A stretch of DNA of 64,000 nt, from assembly GCA_051362555.1 (NCBI GenBank), contig CM120642.1, positions 2,170,001 through 2,234,000 on the forward strand, in the 5' to 3' direction. The notes beneath the pieces are model-generated. The model ran no database searches. It was not told the origin of the DNA and saw only the letters and a list, made by a program, of their open reading frames with translations. Below, one piece after another: positions 13,000-26,238 of this stretch; within the stretch, counting starts at the first letter, position 1, and every line of letters begins with the position of its first letter. The DNA comes from Lingula anatina. Its lineage: Eukaryota > Animalia > Brachiopoda. Made by a program: the position numbers and the translations under genes.

Positions 13000-14044
13000 C
13001 AGTGCCGTCAAAACATAACTGGCATTACCCAAAAATGCCCTAAAACGACGACCTCTGTAAGTGGTTGTCATTTATGTGTCATTCAAATTCCTTGCTATTG
13101 CAGTTTGAACTTTAAAGGTTTTTAGCTCCCACCCTGACTACGAAGTTGTCAAAACAACACTGAGGTACATGTAACTAAGCTACTAATTTAGGTTTGCTGC
13201 AGTCCTTTTATTTACCAAGGCAAGTTTCCAAAATTGGATTTATTTAGTGAACCCTTGTGTTCGAAATCGAATGTTCTTCAATTATTTCAACATATTTTTC
13301 CCATTTCCTTGAGAAAGATTCAATTGATCATTTGAGCTTACAAAAATGGCTCAAGAAGCAAAAAGTCAGGAGCAGATCTATTCTTCTATGGCAGATGCTA
13401 TTCTAGCAGACGAAATATTTCCTACAGATTATTCATCTCAAATACTGTTTTGGATTTCAGTAGGGTTGTCGGGCTTATTGCTCGTGATAATAATTGGCCT
13501 AGGTATCAAGGTCAGGCAACTATCATTAATATTGGCTTTGCTGAAAAAAGCACGTAGAAGATATAGTTCCTACAATGCCGTATTGTTTATTAGATACCAC
13601 AACAAAAACAAACAATAAGCCAGAGGAGCTGGTTAGCTCAGGTTCAGTGACATTTCCTGTTTTAACAATGCAAATTGTAATAACCATTATCTTTTTGATT
13701 TCCTTTTGGGACATAGGCCCTACCTAGAGAAAAAATTTAAATCTAAGAGAACTACTCTGGTTTTAGAGATTTCCAACAGTGAACAATGTATTTCAATTCC
13801 TATCAGAAAGCTGTCACTATGTCCAAAGTACTGGGTTTTTCAAAGTCACCAATCGTACTTTGATAATTTAAAGGTTGAAGGTACCTACAGTCCACACCTA
13901 ACAACTGATTGGCATTGTCTGCAAAAAACAAACATTACAACTAACGAAATCATTAATTTGGAACAAGCTATCCCATTGTCAATGTTCACAGCGTTTAACT
14001 CGAAAAAATTACTCAATAGCAAATATTATGCATTTTGCGCATGA
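13000..14044 (+). pseudogene. Degraded env-like ORF of an LTR retroelement
   Basis: Cys cluster CPKTTTSVSGCHLCVIQIPCYCSL, a helical segment, a transmembrane helix ILFWISVGLSGLLLVIIIGLGI, a second hydrophobic segment and tail TTLVLEISNSEQCISIPIRKLSLCPKYW...LTTDW. Several stops and frameshifts; no introns. Confidence 0.55.
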
Positions 14045-14130
14045 AACATGGTAATGCACTTTTCCATATTCAGTTCGAACCATTTGATCACAATGCAGAT
14101 TAATGTTAATCCAGTTAGCTGTAGTTACTG

Positions 14131-14132
<2 letters not shown>

Positions 14133-14191
<59 letters not shown>
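14133..14191. repeat. (TA)n microsatellite
   Basis: Direct observation. Confidence 0.95.
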
Positions 14192-14194
<3 letters not shown>

Positions 14195-14554
14195 GGTGAC
14201 GGGCCATGGGGAGCTAGTGTAGAAAGACAAGAAACAAATAAGTCTATATATACCTGTTAAGCGTTATCATGAATTATTGAGGAATGATGATCGAGAAATG
14301 ACGTATACTCGATTTCGACAACTTATTCTTAAAATAAAAAGGAATTACTCTTCGCTATTCTTCGTTTTTCCTCAAAATAACAGAAATACAAAACAAACAA
14401 AAACGCTTAGGTCATTAATTCTACTGCCGGTCCACACCTGCTTCAGCGTCATACACAACATTACACGAAAACAAAAAAAAAGTACAAATAACACTTGTTC
14501 ACATAGACCAAAGGGTGCCGATGTTCAACGTATTTCATGGTACAGTCTAATATC

Positions 14555-17500
14555 TTAGTAAGTGTCCAGGAAAATTTCTTCGGCCATCATGGTGCTTGCA
14601 GTTCCCCAGCCAGTGTAGGCGTCCTCTCCACTGTATGAAGAACAATGAGACACGGCAAAATTCAAAGTGACGTTCCCAGCTGGCAGACCCACACATGTCC
14701 CTTGTACTGAAATGAATGGTTAATGAATTAAAACTTTGTTTGTGTCTATGTGTGTTAAAGGAGAGGGGGGGGGGGACTGATCTATGAGCAAGCCAAATTC
14801 ACCCGTCTCTGGAAAAAGTGCTGAAAGGAATATTACATTTTTGTTATTTTGACCTTTCTCTCATTGTGTACAAGTATAAGGTAAGTTATAGTTCCAATAT
14901 ACCTGTAAATGGGCTGTGTAAATTGACAGAGCTTGCATCATAGTAGTAGGCGTATTTAATACTTTCTATGGTGCCCGGATTGCTGCACTCTGTGCCGTTA
15001 AATGTGAAGTACCACCGGGCACATTGGCCGTTGTTCCACTGACGGGTGACTCCACTCCACAGGACTCTCAGAGCAGTAAGAGCAGACTTCTTGCTATATG
15101 TCTCAGTCTGAAATAAAACCACTCCATGACAAAATCTCCAGAGAGTTATGGACCAAGGTATGATGACATCACAGGTGTGACATCAGTCAAAACAAGACCA
15201 GTGTGACAGGAATGGTAGTTTTAGGAAAAAAGACAAACTTTCCGTAATAGTGACCTGATAAGAACAGTATGAATTACGAATATATTAATGATGTACTGTA
15301 TATGTATCACGAATAAAAGCGCATGTCATTACAGACGTTCGGAAATCAGAAGAAAATCAGACGCAAATGAAACGCTTTTAAAAACCCTGACAAAAATCGT
15401 AATATTCGCAATATATTAATTTAGTTCGCCACATGGACGCACGCGATAGGGACGCTCTACCTACGGTTTCCATACTCGATACATGCTCTCCTCGCGAGCA
15501 AGCCACAATTTACCCGTGAGTTGCGGATAAGAGCGGAGCGGAAAACAGAGCACGTATTGCATACGTATTGCTCCTGTATTGCGTATGTTTTGCGGATGTA
15601 TTGCGCATGTCATCCGCTATCAAAATTTTGGGGCAGCTTCAAAAATCTTGGGAACGGAAAAAAGTGCCTCTGCGGATAATTGCGTGCGTGTATGCTGTGG
15701 ATGCTGGTCGAATGCTACAAGCATGTATCACGAATATGGCGGATGTAAAGCGAATACCAACCAAGTTTGTGCAAAATTCATGCGAAATTCATCTTAAACG
15801 CCAGTTTGACTGGGCCTCAAGTACCTGCCGAATGGGCTTGTGATTCTGGAACGCTTGTAAATGTTATTTTGACTATTCTTGGAATTTCAAGGAATACTTC
15901 CTCCAGACAGGTAAAAAAAAGCCCCTCGCCCTTGTTTTACAGAGTCGAAGTCAAATCGTGGTTATACAGATGCTTCATGATATCCAAATTAAGGTAAGAA
16001 TACATAGAAATGGCTAAAATATACTAGGAATCAGTTACGATATCTAAGAATGTACCATGGATTTGTTAAGAATTGTCAAAGAATGTTTGCATTCGCGAGG
16101 TCGGGACCAAAATTTTGAACAGCTCAAAACTTTCTTCCCAAATATCACGATTTCTCAAGAATAGCACGCATTCTTAAAAGGGCTTAAAGAATTTATTGCA
16201 CTTAAAGTAAGAAACCTGGGATTTATCAATTCATTGCGTTTCGTGGAATTTGCAGTCGGTGTGGAATTGGGGTGTAAGTCGAAGTATGGGGGGTTAGTGT
16301 ATGGGACGAATGTCACCTGAACAAAGTAATGGGGAACGGACTACAGTCCCAACGGACTTCCATTCCTGCCACACCGGGACAACAACTTCAAGCTTACCTA
16401 ATGTGGAACGAATTTAAATAACCAGAATTAGTGTGAGCCTAGCTTATAGAAATGATCAGTTAAATAAACAACCAAGGTAGTTTGAAATTTTTGACATGTA
16501 ATATTTGATCTAAAAACAAGTGTCTTCATTTATTTGTCCCAATATTGATCAAGTAAAAATAAAAAAAACGTACTTTGAGCGTTGTCCTTTCCGCTTCCGT
16601 ATTCATGGCAGAGTACCACCAGTACTGGCGGTTGAAGACGGGAAGTCTAAGTGCCGAAATACCCGATGTTCCCACCACTGAAATAAAAGAATTTTAACCT
16701 ACTAATGTAGCTTAATCAGTGTTGTAACTCAGGTGCGTGCTATACTTTACCGGCTCATCCAACAAACACAGTTGAGTGACATACAAGAACAGAGAGAGAG
16801 AGGAAACGAGAGTATGTTGACAATAAGTTGTTTGGGAATTTGACTTAATACAGTGGCGCCACTTTACTTATGTTCACTTGTCTACACATTTTGTAGTAAC
16901 GGTATTATAATATTAAAGCATGGGGGAGGTTACTTTTGCCATACCACGTCACATGCCCTGTAAAATGTTAACAACACCGTAAGAGAAGAAACTGTTAACT
17001 TACGAGCGCTGACATCAACGCCAAGTCTTGTCTCTTCCACTCTTATTCTAGAAATAGTGGTCCAGCCGGTCGTAGGGCTATATTGGCCAACCGTCCAGCT
17101 ACAACTCCCTGTGTGTAGGCTTATTGTAATGTCTCCAGCCGGAAAACCGTGACAGATTCCAGAAACTGAAAGCAATAATATCGATAATTAGTATTTAATA
17201 TCATCTGTGGCTGATGACAAAGGATTATAAACCAATGCTTTACTCAAGGTGTAAGATCTGAAAAGGAACATCCAAATATTTCGATGTCAGAGATGCTGCA
17301 TTTAATTTATGATAACTGTGAGTTAGGAACCTCTCCTCTCTACTGTTGTACGTGTCTAGATCAACATCACAAATCCTGTTAAATACACTTTTCAGTTTGT
17401 ACTTACACAACTTATTCACTTATCTCAACACATACAGACTCGTTGGTGACACGTGTGGAATAGAAATTTTCTTGCTACTAATTCTGCAACAGCTTGGCGA

Positions 17501-20500
17501 CTTTTAACTTACTTAAAAGCTGATCATGTTCAAAATAGGATCCATCGAATACGTGATTTTAGTTTTATTGGTCCTAGGATTAAACATATGTTTTCCGTAA
17601 AATATAGAAATGAGACTATTTAATTAGGAACTTTGTAGGCATTAACCCCCCCCCCCCAAATAAAAAAACGATAAATAAAGATGATGATGAAAAAACTCAT
17701 TATTTTACTTGTATAAATTTGTTTCGAGTTTCAACTTAAATGATTGTGCTTACACTCAAACGTCCTATAGGTGTGTGGATTGTTATCGCCGTGGTTATAG
17801 ATGAATGCGTCGATTACCCCTGGATTCGAGCACTCATTCCCATTAAACTTAAAGTACCATCTTGCGCAGTGACCATTTCCATACTCGTGAAGCGTGCCAG
17901 TAAAAAACACTGCTAAACTAGTGTCCGACGCCCGCTTTGTGTAGGTTCCCGTCTATAATTTAAACACAGTATATACATATAAACATGATGTTCTCACCAA
18001 CCGTGCTTTTTTTGTATAAAATGTCGGCGTATACGTTCTATAGAATCATTACAGATACTTACAAAAGAAGTAAGTTTCCCAGTTAGGCTTATAAATTACC
18101 ACCACTGTGGTTTCTTATAGGACTCAACGAAAGTCTACACGTACAAGCCGAAAGATAACCCAAGTTAATCACTCGATCAGCCATAAAAACTGAAATACCA
18201 CATATTCTTTAAATTTCTGGCCGTAAACTTGATCCAATCTGTCCATGCAGTTCGTAAAAGGCCGCCAAATGAAGTATTAATGTATGACGCATTCCTCAAA
18301 TTCGGTTTGGCAAAAGCGATAAAAGAATTTATCTATATACATGTTTTTTTTTCAGAAATATGAAACGAAAACCTTTGAAATTTTTTGATATTATCTTGAA
18401 GTTTGCTATTTGAAAGTGTATGGTGGCATTTAATCGAATGTAGTGGCAAATATTTGACTTCATATGTAAATTTAACAATCGATAAACCGATATTTACAAT
18501 TTCTATTATAGCAGCAATACCATTTATGCGTATATTTTGCATATGTATAAGTATAAATTGGCTTTGTTTTGGCATCTTTCGAGCTCTAGAATCACAACGC
18601 TGATTTTTTACATACCATGTATGCATTTTCATCTCGTGTTGAAATCTCCTGGTGGAGGGTAAACTCTTTAATGTTGAACAAAGTATATGAATCACATGAC
18701 CCTGAAGAAAAAAATTTAATATTTATGCTAATTAGACATCTTTCACAAGAGAAATTTTCGCGCGTGCACGCGTGTTGACAGTTATGGCTGATTTCTCTAG
18801 AAAGAAACGTACTATACTGTTTCTTACAATAACCAAAATAATAACAGGTTATTTTGAATCAAGAAACAAGATTGAAAACACATATTATGACAGTGACGAG
18901 CACGAACATATCCAGCTTAATTTACCAGTGCCGGTTGGCCCTATCTCCTCAAATGCGAAATTCCCGTATGAGTTCCATCCCATGAGAGCGTCCGCCCCGC
19001 CACCCCTGTCTCTGATGTGTATCTGTATGGTGACAGTACCTGCAGCAATTCCCCAGCAAATACCAGAGACTTTGAGAAAATACAGAAAAGAATGGTGTTA
19101 AAACAGAGCATTGGCCATACTCAAAATTAACATATTTCATCAGTGGTGTTTCTAAAGTTGCATTACTAACCAAGTTGCATTGACCTGTTATATAATCACA
19201 CATCTCAGCGGGACGTCTGATGATGGGGTGGGCAAATGAAAGCTTTTTAGGGAAATTTAATTTCAGACAAGTGGATTCTATGGCCATTTTGGCTGCTGAA
19301 TACAAATCTAATAAGTATTTTCATTTTAAATTACATCTGATATTGGTATTAAGTGATTTTTCAAAATGGCCACCAAACGCTCCCTCAAATCACATATTTC
19401 TCATGTAAATCTTTAAATATCAGTTCAAAGATGGCTTCTTATATGTCTAACCATATTATTTCATGATCAATGAGCGCAAATAGATACATCATTTAGGTTG
19501 AGTCACTTCATTTTGGGTTAAAAGAGGATTTTTTGGTCATTTTGAGATAAAAATCACCCCAAAATCACCATTTCTGTGTACTTAAATACAAATGTTTATA
19601 TGCAACTGTGACTTTTGAATTAGGAAAAACAATAATACAACAAATATGGTCAATATTGTTCAAGGATCACATGAAACTGAAAAGTTTTGACATATAGAAT
19701 AGGCATAATGTTAGTTACATACGGGAATATTTACAGTAGAACACTCAGTAGCAGAGCATTAAGGATATCTTTACTCTTTATTACCACCCAGATACCGAAA
19801 ATGAGTTTTTATCCTGCATCTAATTATTCAATAATGTATCTGTCTTTGTGCTGCTTTGAAACAATGAAAAAACTCTTGAAAATATGAAATATCGGTGTTT
19901 ATATTTTTTCGTTGCAATGTATAAGCATAAGCAACTCAAAGCTTTAATCATCTATTTAACAGCTTTCTTTTTTGAGATTAGTTAGCAATCCATATGGGGC
20001 TTAACTTCATCCCTGAACAAGATTTTATCATGAAAATTGGTCAATGGACCACAAGGGCATGAGCTACAATCCCATGCCAAAGTTCTGGTTTAAATGCTTT
20101 TGTTATGGAGTTACGAGTCCGTAATGACAGATCTTCTAAAAACAAAGGTATAATTTTGCTTTATCAACGATCAAATCTGAACTAAGGCTTTAAAAAAATC
20201 GCTGGCAGGGTTTTGGGGTACTAAATGGTGTCATTAAATTGGCATTGAAATAGTGATCACGGATGTTCAGGTAAAACAGAAATTTGAGAAACCGATTTTT
20301 CAGTTTTTACCCCCAAACTGCAATTATGCCGTCACCCGTAAGATGACATGTGTAAATGTTAATTAATGTAATCACTGAACACTGAAAATTTATTTATCAC
20401 CGAAAAGAATGTATGTAAGGCAGTAAATAAGAGTTTTGGGTGAACGGTGACAATATCCTTATTGTCTTCATTTATAACCTAGTCACACTAGAGGCGGAAT

Positions 20501-22991
20501 GAGCTAGAATGAAGTCGGAATGAAAATGTCTTGTTTATTCCTAGATATTTGAAGTATCTAAAAATTCTAAGCGCATTCTAAATGTTTGGGCCCATTCTTG
20601 CGTCCTGTTAAAATGTTTTGCTCATTCTCAAAACTTTCGAAGTGCATTCCAAGTGGAAAAATATCGAATGGCATTCAAGTGTATTCTAACTGCACTATGA
20701 GCGCATTCTTAAGATTCTTACGAAATTCCAACAGCATTTGAAACATTTTGATCACATTCGAGGGAGAACCGAAATGGAAAGGCGCTTCAAATCTTGTCAG
20801 AATGTTCCACATTATGCCTCCAGTGAGTAGGAATGCAACTCGAATGCATCTTGATTGCAGGCCGGAATTCAGCCAGTAATGAAACCACACTTGTATGGCA
20901 TTTGAAGTGCATTCTAAATATTCTCACTATAGCATTAACGATATTCCTAATGTGTTCCAACTACATTCGAGCTGCATTTGAGAGCTAATACGATACAACC
21001 GAAATATGCACGAATCATTCCAGCTGGGTTCGAAGCGCATTCTGAGGTTCTAAGATTCTGAGGTATTCTTACTGGAATTAAGGTCAATTTGATATTACCC
21101 AACAAATGTGGCGCAAATTTTGAAAATTTTTCATTATGGCATATTCTGCTTGATAACTTCAGATTCCAAATAAGTGTGACAGGGGGCTTTACAGTGCCTT
21201 CTGGTCTCAGTGTATTTTTTGTTGATGCTTTCATGGTGGTGGTAAGAACTCTTAAACTACGCAACTGAATCTAAGTACTATTCCAAGGTCAAGAGCTTAG
21301 AGGTTGTAAGAGGTTGATGTCACCTGATAAAGTTTTACCTGTTCTGAAGAAAAGGAAAATTATACAGCATAAAATTTGTTGGTACACATCCATGAAGGTA
21401 TTTTCAGCATTGTTTTTATACCATACTGTAATCCATGAATTCAGTATGTACATAATGGCCATTATTTATATTTATCTTAGGCTCGAAGTATGTATTTTAT
21501 TTATATATTTGTTTTAAATAACATATTTTTTACAGATGTCACCCTAACAATATTGCCAATGTCTTGAATATGCTCATATTTGAACTCAGCAATCCTCAAA
21601 ACATATAGAAAGACATATTACACATCAATTTTATGTACTTTACTGTGAAAATATGGCCAAAAAGCCATTTCCCGCCTTTTTTCACAAACAAATAGCAGAT
21701 ACCAATATAAATCTTTAGCTTTGGTAAAAAATATTGTCAGATTTGTGTTCAGCAGCAAAAATGGCCATAGAATGCACCTGTTTTAAAAAAATTTTGTCAT
21801 TTGCCCACCCCTTTTTCCAAGTGTCTCAACACAATTTAATGGCTATTATTCGATATGCCGTATTTTAGCAATTGCAGATTAATTTTGAATGTTGGCTATC
21901 AATTTTTGATACTGAATTTCCGTAGATGGCCCACTATTTCATATTATATGGTCTTTTTTTCGGAAATTCTGCGTATTTGTGAAATTTCCGGCCTCAATGC
22001 CAAATTTGTACTTCTTACTGACCTTAATTCTGTTAAATTCAACCACAAGCACACACTTTTAATTCCCACAGTGGCATAATAATGTAATACGAAGGCAACA
22101 AGATTTCCGAGAAACAATCCCGTCGATAATACAAAAATATGATTTCTAACATGACTATATATAATTACACGATCCGTGCTCGCGCTTGTCTCTGCGCGAG
22201 GCATGGTACTCCACAAATTCGATGGTGCCTGGGTTGGAACATTCTGCCCCGTTAATCTTGAAGTAGAAACCAGAGGCACAACCGTTACACGCTATGGCGG
22301 CGCGGATTGTTCCACTGTAGGAAATCCGAAGCCCGGTGCTGGACTGTTGCTTTACATATGTGTAGCTCTGGAAGATATATCGATATAAGCATGAATTATT
22401 TTCGACAAATCATTTCTAGACGAAAAAAAATGAAAATACAATCTCCCACAGAAACGATCTCCTTTGACTTTTTGTGTATGGTGATTATTTTTTTCTGGTC
22501 CAAATAATTATTCATGAAAGACACACATTAATAATTATACATTTAACATGGACAATCTTCGAATTTAAGCAGTGATACATCGCCTCATTGTTTTCTCTGC
22601 ATTCTTAGGTACATGTATATTCGCCAACTTTCAAAGTTTATAAGTATTTGTGTGCATTACAGTATGCGTGCGCCTTCGGATGTGTGAGGTTGTAAGCGAA
22701 AGATGTGTGTATGAATGTGTATATACACTATATTATATTAAGACCCACAATCTATTATATCTCTAGTTCTTATACTGGTGCACAGTATCACCTTGCTTTG
22801 TTACGAATTATTCAGTTTGTAATATACTCTGTAATGTAATGTAGAATTTTGTATATTGTATTATACGTTCTACAATATTAAAATAATATTCCAGTAACTG
22901 TGCACACATAGAAGTGTATGTATTGTATTAAGTTATAAAGCTGTACTGATGTAGTGTATCTTCTTGTATTTGTAATGTAATGTGTTTTCTG

Positions 22992-23027
<36 letters not shown>

Positions 23028-23306
23028 TTCAAATTGGTTACTGGCCAGAGGTTTTCCGGTCACGTAGTACAAAATTAGTACTAGAAATTTGAATTTCAGG
23101 GAAGAGGTTGATTCCGAAAATGCCTAAATGCCTAAAACTGAAAGGCTTTCTTCTACTGATTAGCTGTCACGTGACTCCGTGAGTGTGTTATATTTACCGA
23201 TCTCAATTTATTATGTTTTCTGCCTTCAAGATTCAGGCAGAGTATTTTGTATGAACAGATAATATGCTGACAAAACAAGTTAACTTTTTTTGCCCGTGGT
23301 CACCCC

Positions 23307-23349
<43 letters not shown>

Positions 23350-26238
23350 AACAAAACCCCTAGAATATTCCTTACTGGGCCGTTGGCGTTTACGCCTCCA
23401 AAGTTGCTCGCATAACCTTCGTAATGAATATTGGTCACCGGTGCTTCGTCACAATCTTTCGTATATCCTAATAAATTCACAAATTTTAGCAATCCGCACT
23501 TCGCTTTTGTTGCTATATTTTGATGTTCATGACATACTATGTTGAATACACCACAGGCTGAGAAAAAGAAAGGCAAACGAGCTCCTTGGGCTAACTAACG
23601 GTAGAAACTTTCAAAACATTGTGCAATATACTTTAGATTTCTAGGTATCAAGCCACAATATACAAGACAATCGTAGGCTTTAACATTTTTCTTTATCATT
23701 CCCTTATTCAACAGGTTTTCCCTAACAGGCGACAAACTCGTGTGTCTAATGCAGGTTCATGCGGAACAGGCTGCTGTGTCCATTGAATGCCTGACTACAG
23801 TTACTAACATAGGATAATTGTAACAAATCCCCTCCCCTCCCAATATGGTGAAAAGTATTCTCACCCAAACAGACGGCCTCTCCGCTGGTGCAATCCTCAC
23901 GGCAGCGAGAAGTATCCGTACACGGCCATTCTGAACACACGGCAGTGCCACTTGACTGGTCGGTGCGGAGCGGGTTTGACTGTAACGGGAAATATAGAGA
24001 CAGATGAGTACAACCAAAGTCCGGAAATTTTGTGAGCTTTTTTTTTTAATTTCAGGTTTGATAATTCAGGTTTTAAAGTTGGCCTGGAATCAGGTTAAAA
24101 CTACAATGGCCCTCAATAACTATGTAACAGCGTACTGCACCCTTCAAATGCCAACAGGTCTTAGACTGGGTTCCCATACCTAGATCGATCTTATTATTAT
24201 AACGGGAACGATCCATCTCCAAGGGGTTTCTCAAATTCAAATGCATTTTAATGATTTATTGTTTGTAAATCAATTTTTACCTTTTTGGTGTACCTTGCAA
24301 TAGTTTTTTGGAGTGAATACCTTTGCGCGTGCGTTTGTGATCTTGGGTCAAACGAAATGTATACCTTTCGATCAACTCCAATTATAATACATTTGTAAAT
24401 AACAAGCATTATAATTTTAAGCTAATATACTCCGATGAAGGGTTTTTGTCTTTAGGCAACAGAGAAAAAAAAATTAAACTAAAGTACTGTTTTAAACCAG
24501 CTTTCTTTAAGTCTACGTATCTTTCATTTTAATTGTTTCGAAATAATGCCATGCCATGGGAAAGAATATTAAAATTCGATAAACGTTTATTGTTTGTTTA
24601 CTGATCTATCGGTTCTCGCTAATTGGGGTTATCAGGCAACCTCGCAATAATACGACAGTTATTTTCATTATTGAATACTTGATAAAGATCAGATCAATGC
24701 TGTGATATTTCCACATCGCTTGATCTGGGAGCTGGATTTAATTGCAAGAACAAAGGTACATGTACTGCAATATAGATCTGCACTGCTCGTTTGATCTCGT
24801 GGCCTCCATAAAAAGATGTCTTGAATATCATTTTGTACCCCCCATCAAAAAAAAAAAAAAAAAAAAAAAAAAAGACATATTCTTCTGGCTTCTCCTACAT
24901 TTTTCTACGTGCTCATGACTCAAGTATACATTTGTAACTCTACTCTATTTTTTGACATTAGGATTTGAAAGATGCGGTATCTCAGATTTTGACCCCAGAT
25001 TTTGATCGGACATTATGTTTTTAAGTGATGGAGACTGACGAGCATAGGAGGAAAGCCTGCCCTCACATTTTACTGAAAAATCTGAAACAATCTTTATAGA
25101 TCTTTGCAGAGCCTTGAGAACCGTAAAGATATGTGCTCTTGTAACCTAAAAAAACTGAAACCAAAAATTAAACCAGAAATCGTGATATAGCGTGACCGGG
25201 CACTGTGAAATGCGAATTTAGGAAAAAAAGTAAACCCATTACCAAAGCATAATAATATTTTATCTATCATTTGCGGCTGGTGACATTGGCTTTGTGATTT
25301 CAAGGTACCTGTCTCGCTAAGAAACAAAGTCATACCCACATATCTTACGTCCCAGGGAAGTGACATGAGCCCAAGTTCAGACAAGTTAAAATAGCCTACG
25401 TTACGTTACGGTCAGCAAAAACAGTTGAAATAAAGACAAGTAAAAAGGGCAGTGAAAATTTGTCTCTTTCCAACTGCAAAAGTAGAGACATGACCTCAAT
25501 GTTGTTAAATCAATTTGAATTAAAAAAGACATTTAAACGACACGATGAAATATTACATCGAATCTTTACAGAAAAAATGCCTATTGTATATTGAAATAGT
25601 TTGATCTACTTATGTCCGCCATCATTATTCACGTGAAGTTTTCAAAGAAATGACTCAAACATAACACATCCAATTATATCATTACACCGAGAATACATGT
25701 ACCAGTACATCAAGCGTCGTTAATAATGAAAACAATTAACAAACGAGAGATAACCTTTAACGTTTTTGCAACTATTCAAATAGCAAACAGAAGCACCTTT
25801 GCTAGAATGTGATAACTAAGATTAAGACGAAATCACTACAAACGAGCACTTTTCCCATGACAACACACGGGGAACTTTTATGTGGTCACTTACCAGCACG
25901 ATGTCCACATTGGAGACCAATATTCCTGTTTTCTCAGATGACGAGTATTGGGTGACGTCCTGCTGACCATCTAACAGGTCACAGCTCTGGTCTCTCTCTC
26001 TGAATACAACCGCGGCGCAGTGACCATTCTGGGAACATTTAGTGATGCATTCCAAATTGGACCGTGCATCAAAAGTGTCCAAAACCGTCGTCAAGGTTGA
26101 GTAATTTGTAAAAACTTGTTGAATTCCCGTTGCCTGGACATCTACTATATTACCGCCACAAATTGTGACGGTTGCCGCGTGGACATTGAAAGATAGGCAA
26201 ACCAAAACACAGAAAACTGCAAAGAGCACTCTACTCAT
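14555..26238 (-). CDS. Secreted protein: signal peptide + PAN/apple + Cys-rich module + three CTHRC1-like C-terminal domains (~630 aa, 11 exons)
   Basis: Exons 26238-25894, 23979-23865, 23557-23376, 22367-22169, 19069-18926, 18701-18616, 17952-17754, 17165-17004, 16677-16574, 15107-14903, 14706-14555; all GT-AG, phase-compatible, 1893 nt with no internal stop. Signal MSRVLFAVFCVLVCLSFNVHA; PAN SNLECITKCSQNGHCAAVVF...CDLL. Three repeats of YxK...L...GT/GV...C(A)xxYFxxNGxECSNPGxI[ED]...GxCxGxxAGxxT...GW...EE match the CTHRC1 C-domain pattern (RWYFTFNGAECSGP...TGWNS...EE). Confidence 0.88.
15300..16277. mobile_element. Probable MITE / non-autonomous DNA transposon remnant in an intron
   Basis: CpG-rich non-coding stretch with repeated AAGAAT/CGAAT motifs and an internal inverted motif AAAATTTTG...AGCT(T)CAAAA. 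Right end GTGTGGAATTGGGGTGTAA; boundaries approximate. Confidence 0.4.
19207..21830. mobile_element. Long-TIR non-autonomous DNA transposon in an intron
   Basis: GGGGTGGGCAAATGA...ATTCTATGGCCATTTTGGCTGCTGAATACAAATCT (19225-19310) is the inverted copy of AGATTTGTGTTCAGCAGCAAAAATGGCCATAGAAT...TCATTTGCCCACCCC (21740-21811). Exact termini uncertain. Confidence 0.65.
20476..21187. mobile_element. Nested Harbinger-like MITE with GAATG/CATTC subrepeats
   Basis: Inverted ends CCTAGTCACACT / AGTGTGACAGGG; dense GAATG, CATTC and TCGAA motifs inside. Confidence 0.6.
23308..23346. repeat. (GA)n microsatellite
   Basis: Direct observation. Confidence 0.95.

Noticed and set aside
18050-18335. Extra exon of the CTHRC1-like gene
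   Set aside because: Candidate frames hit stops or have incompatible phases; 18701-18616 already joins the flanking exons in frame.
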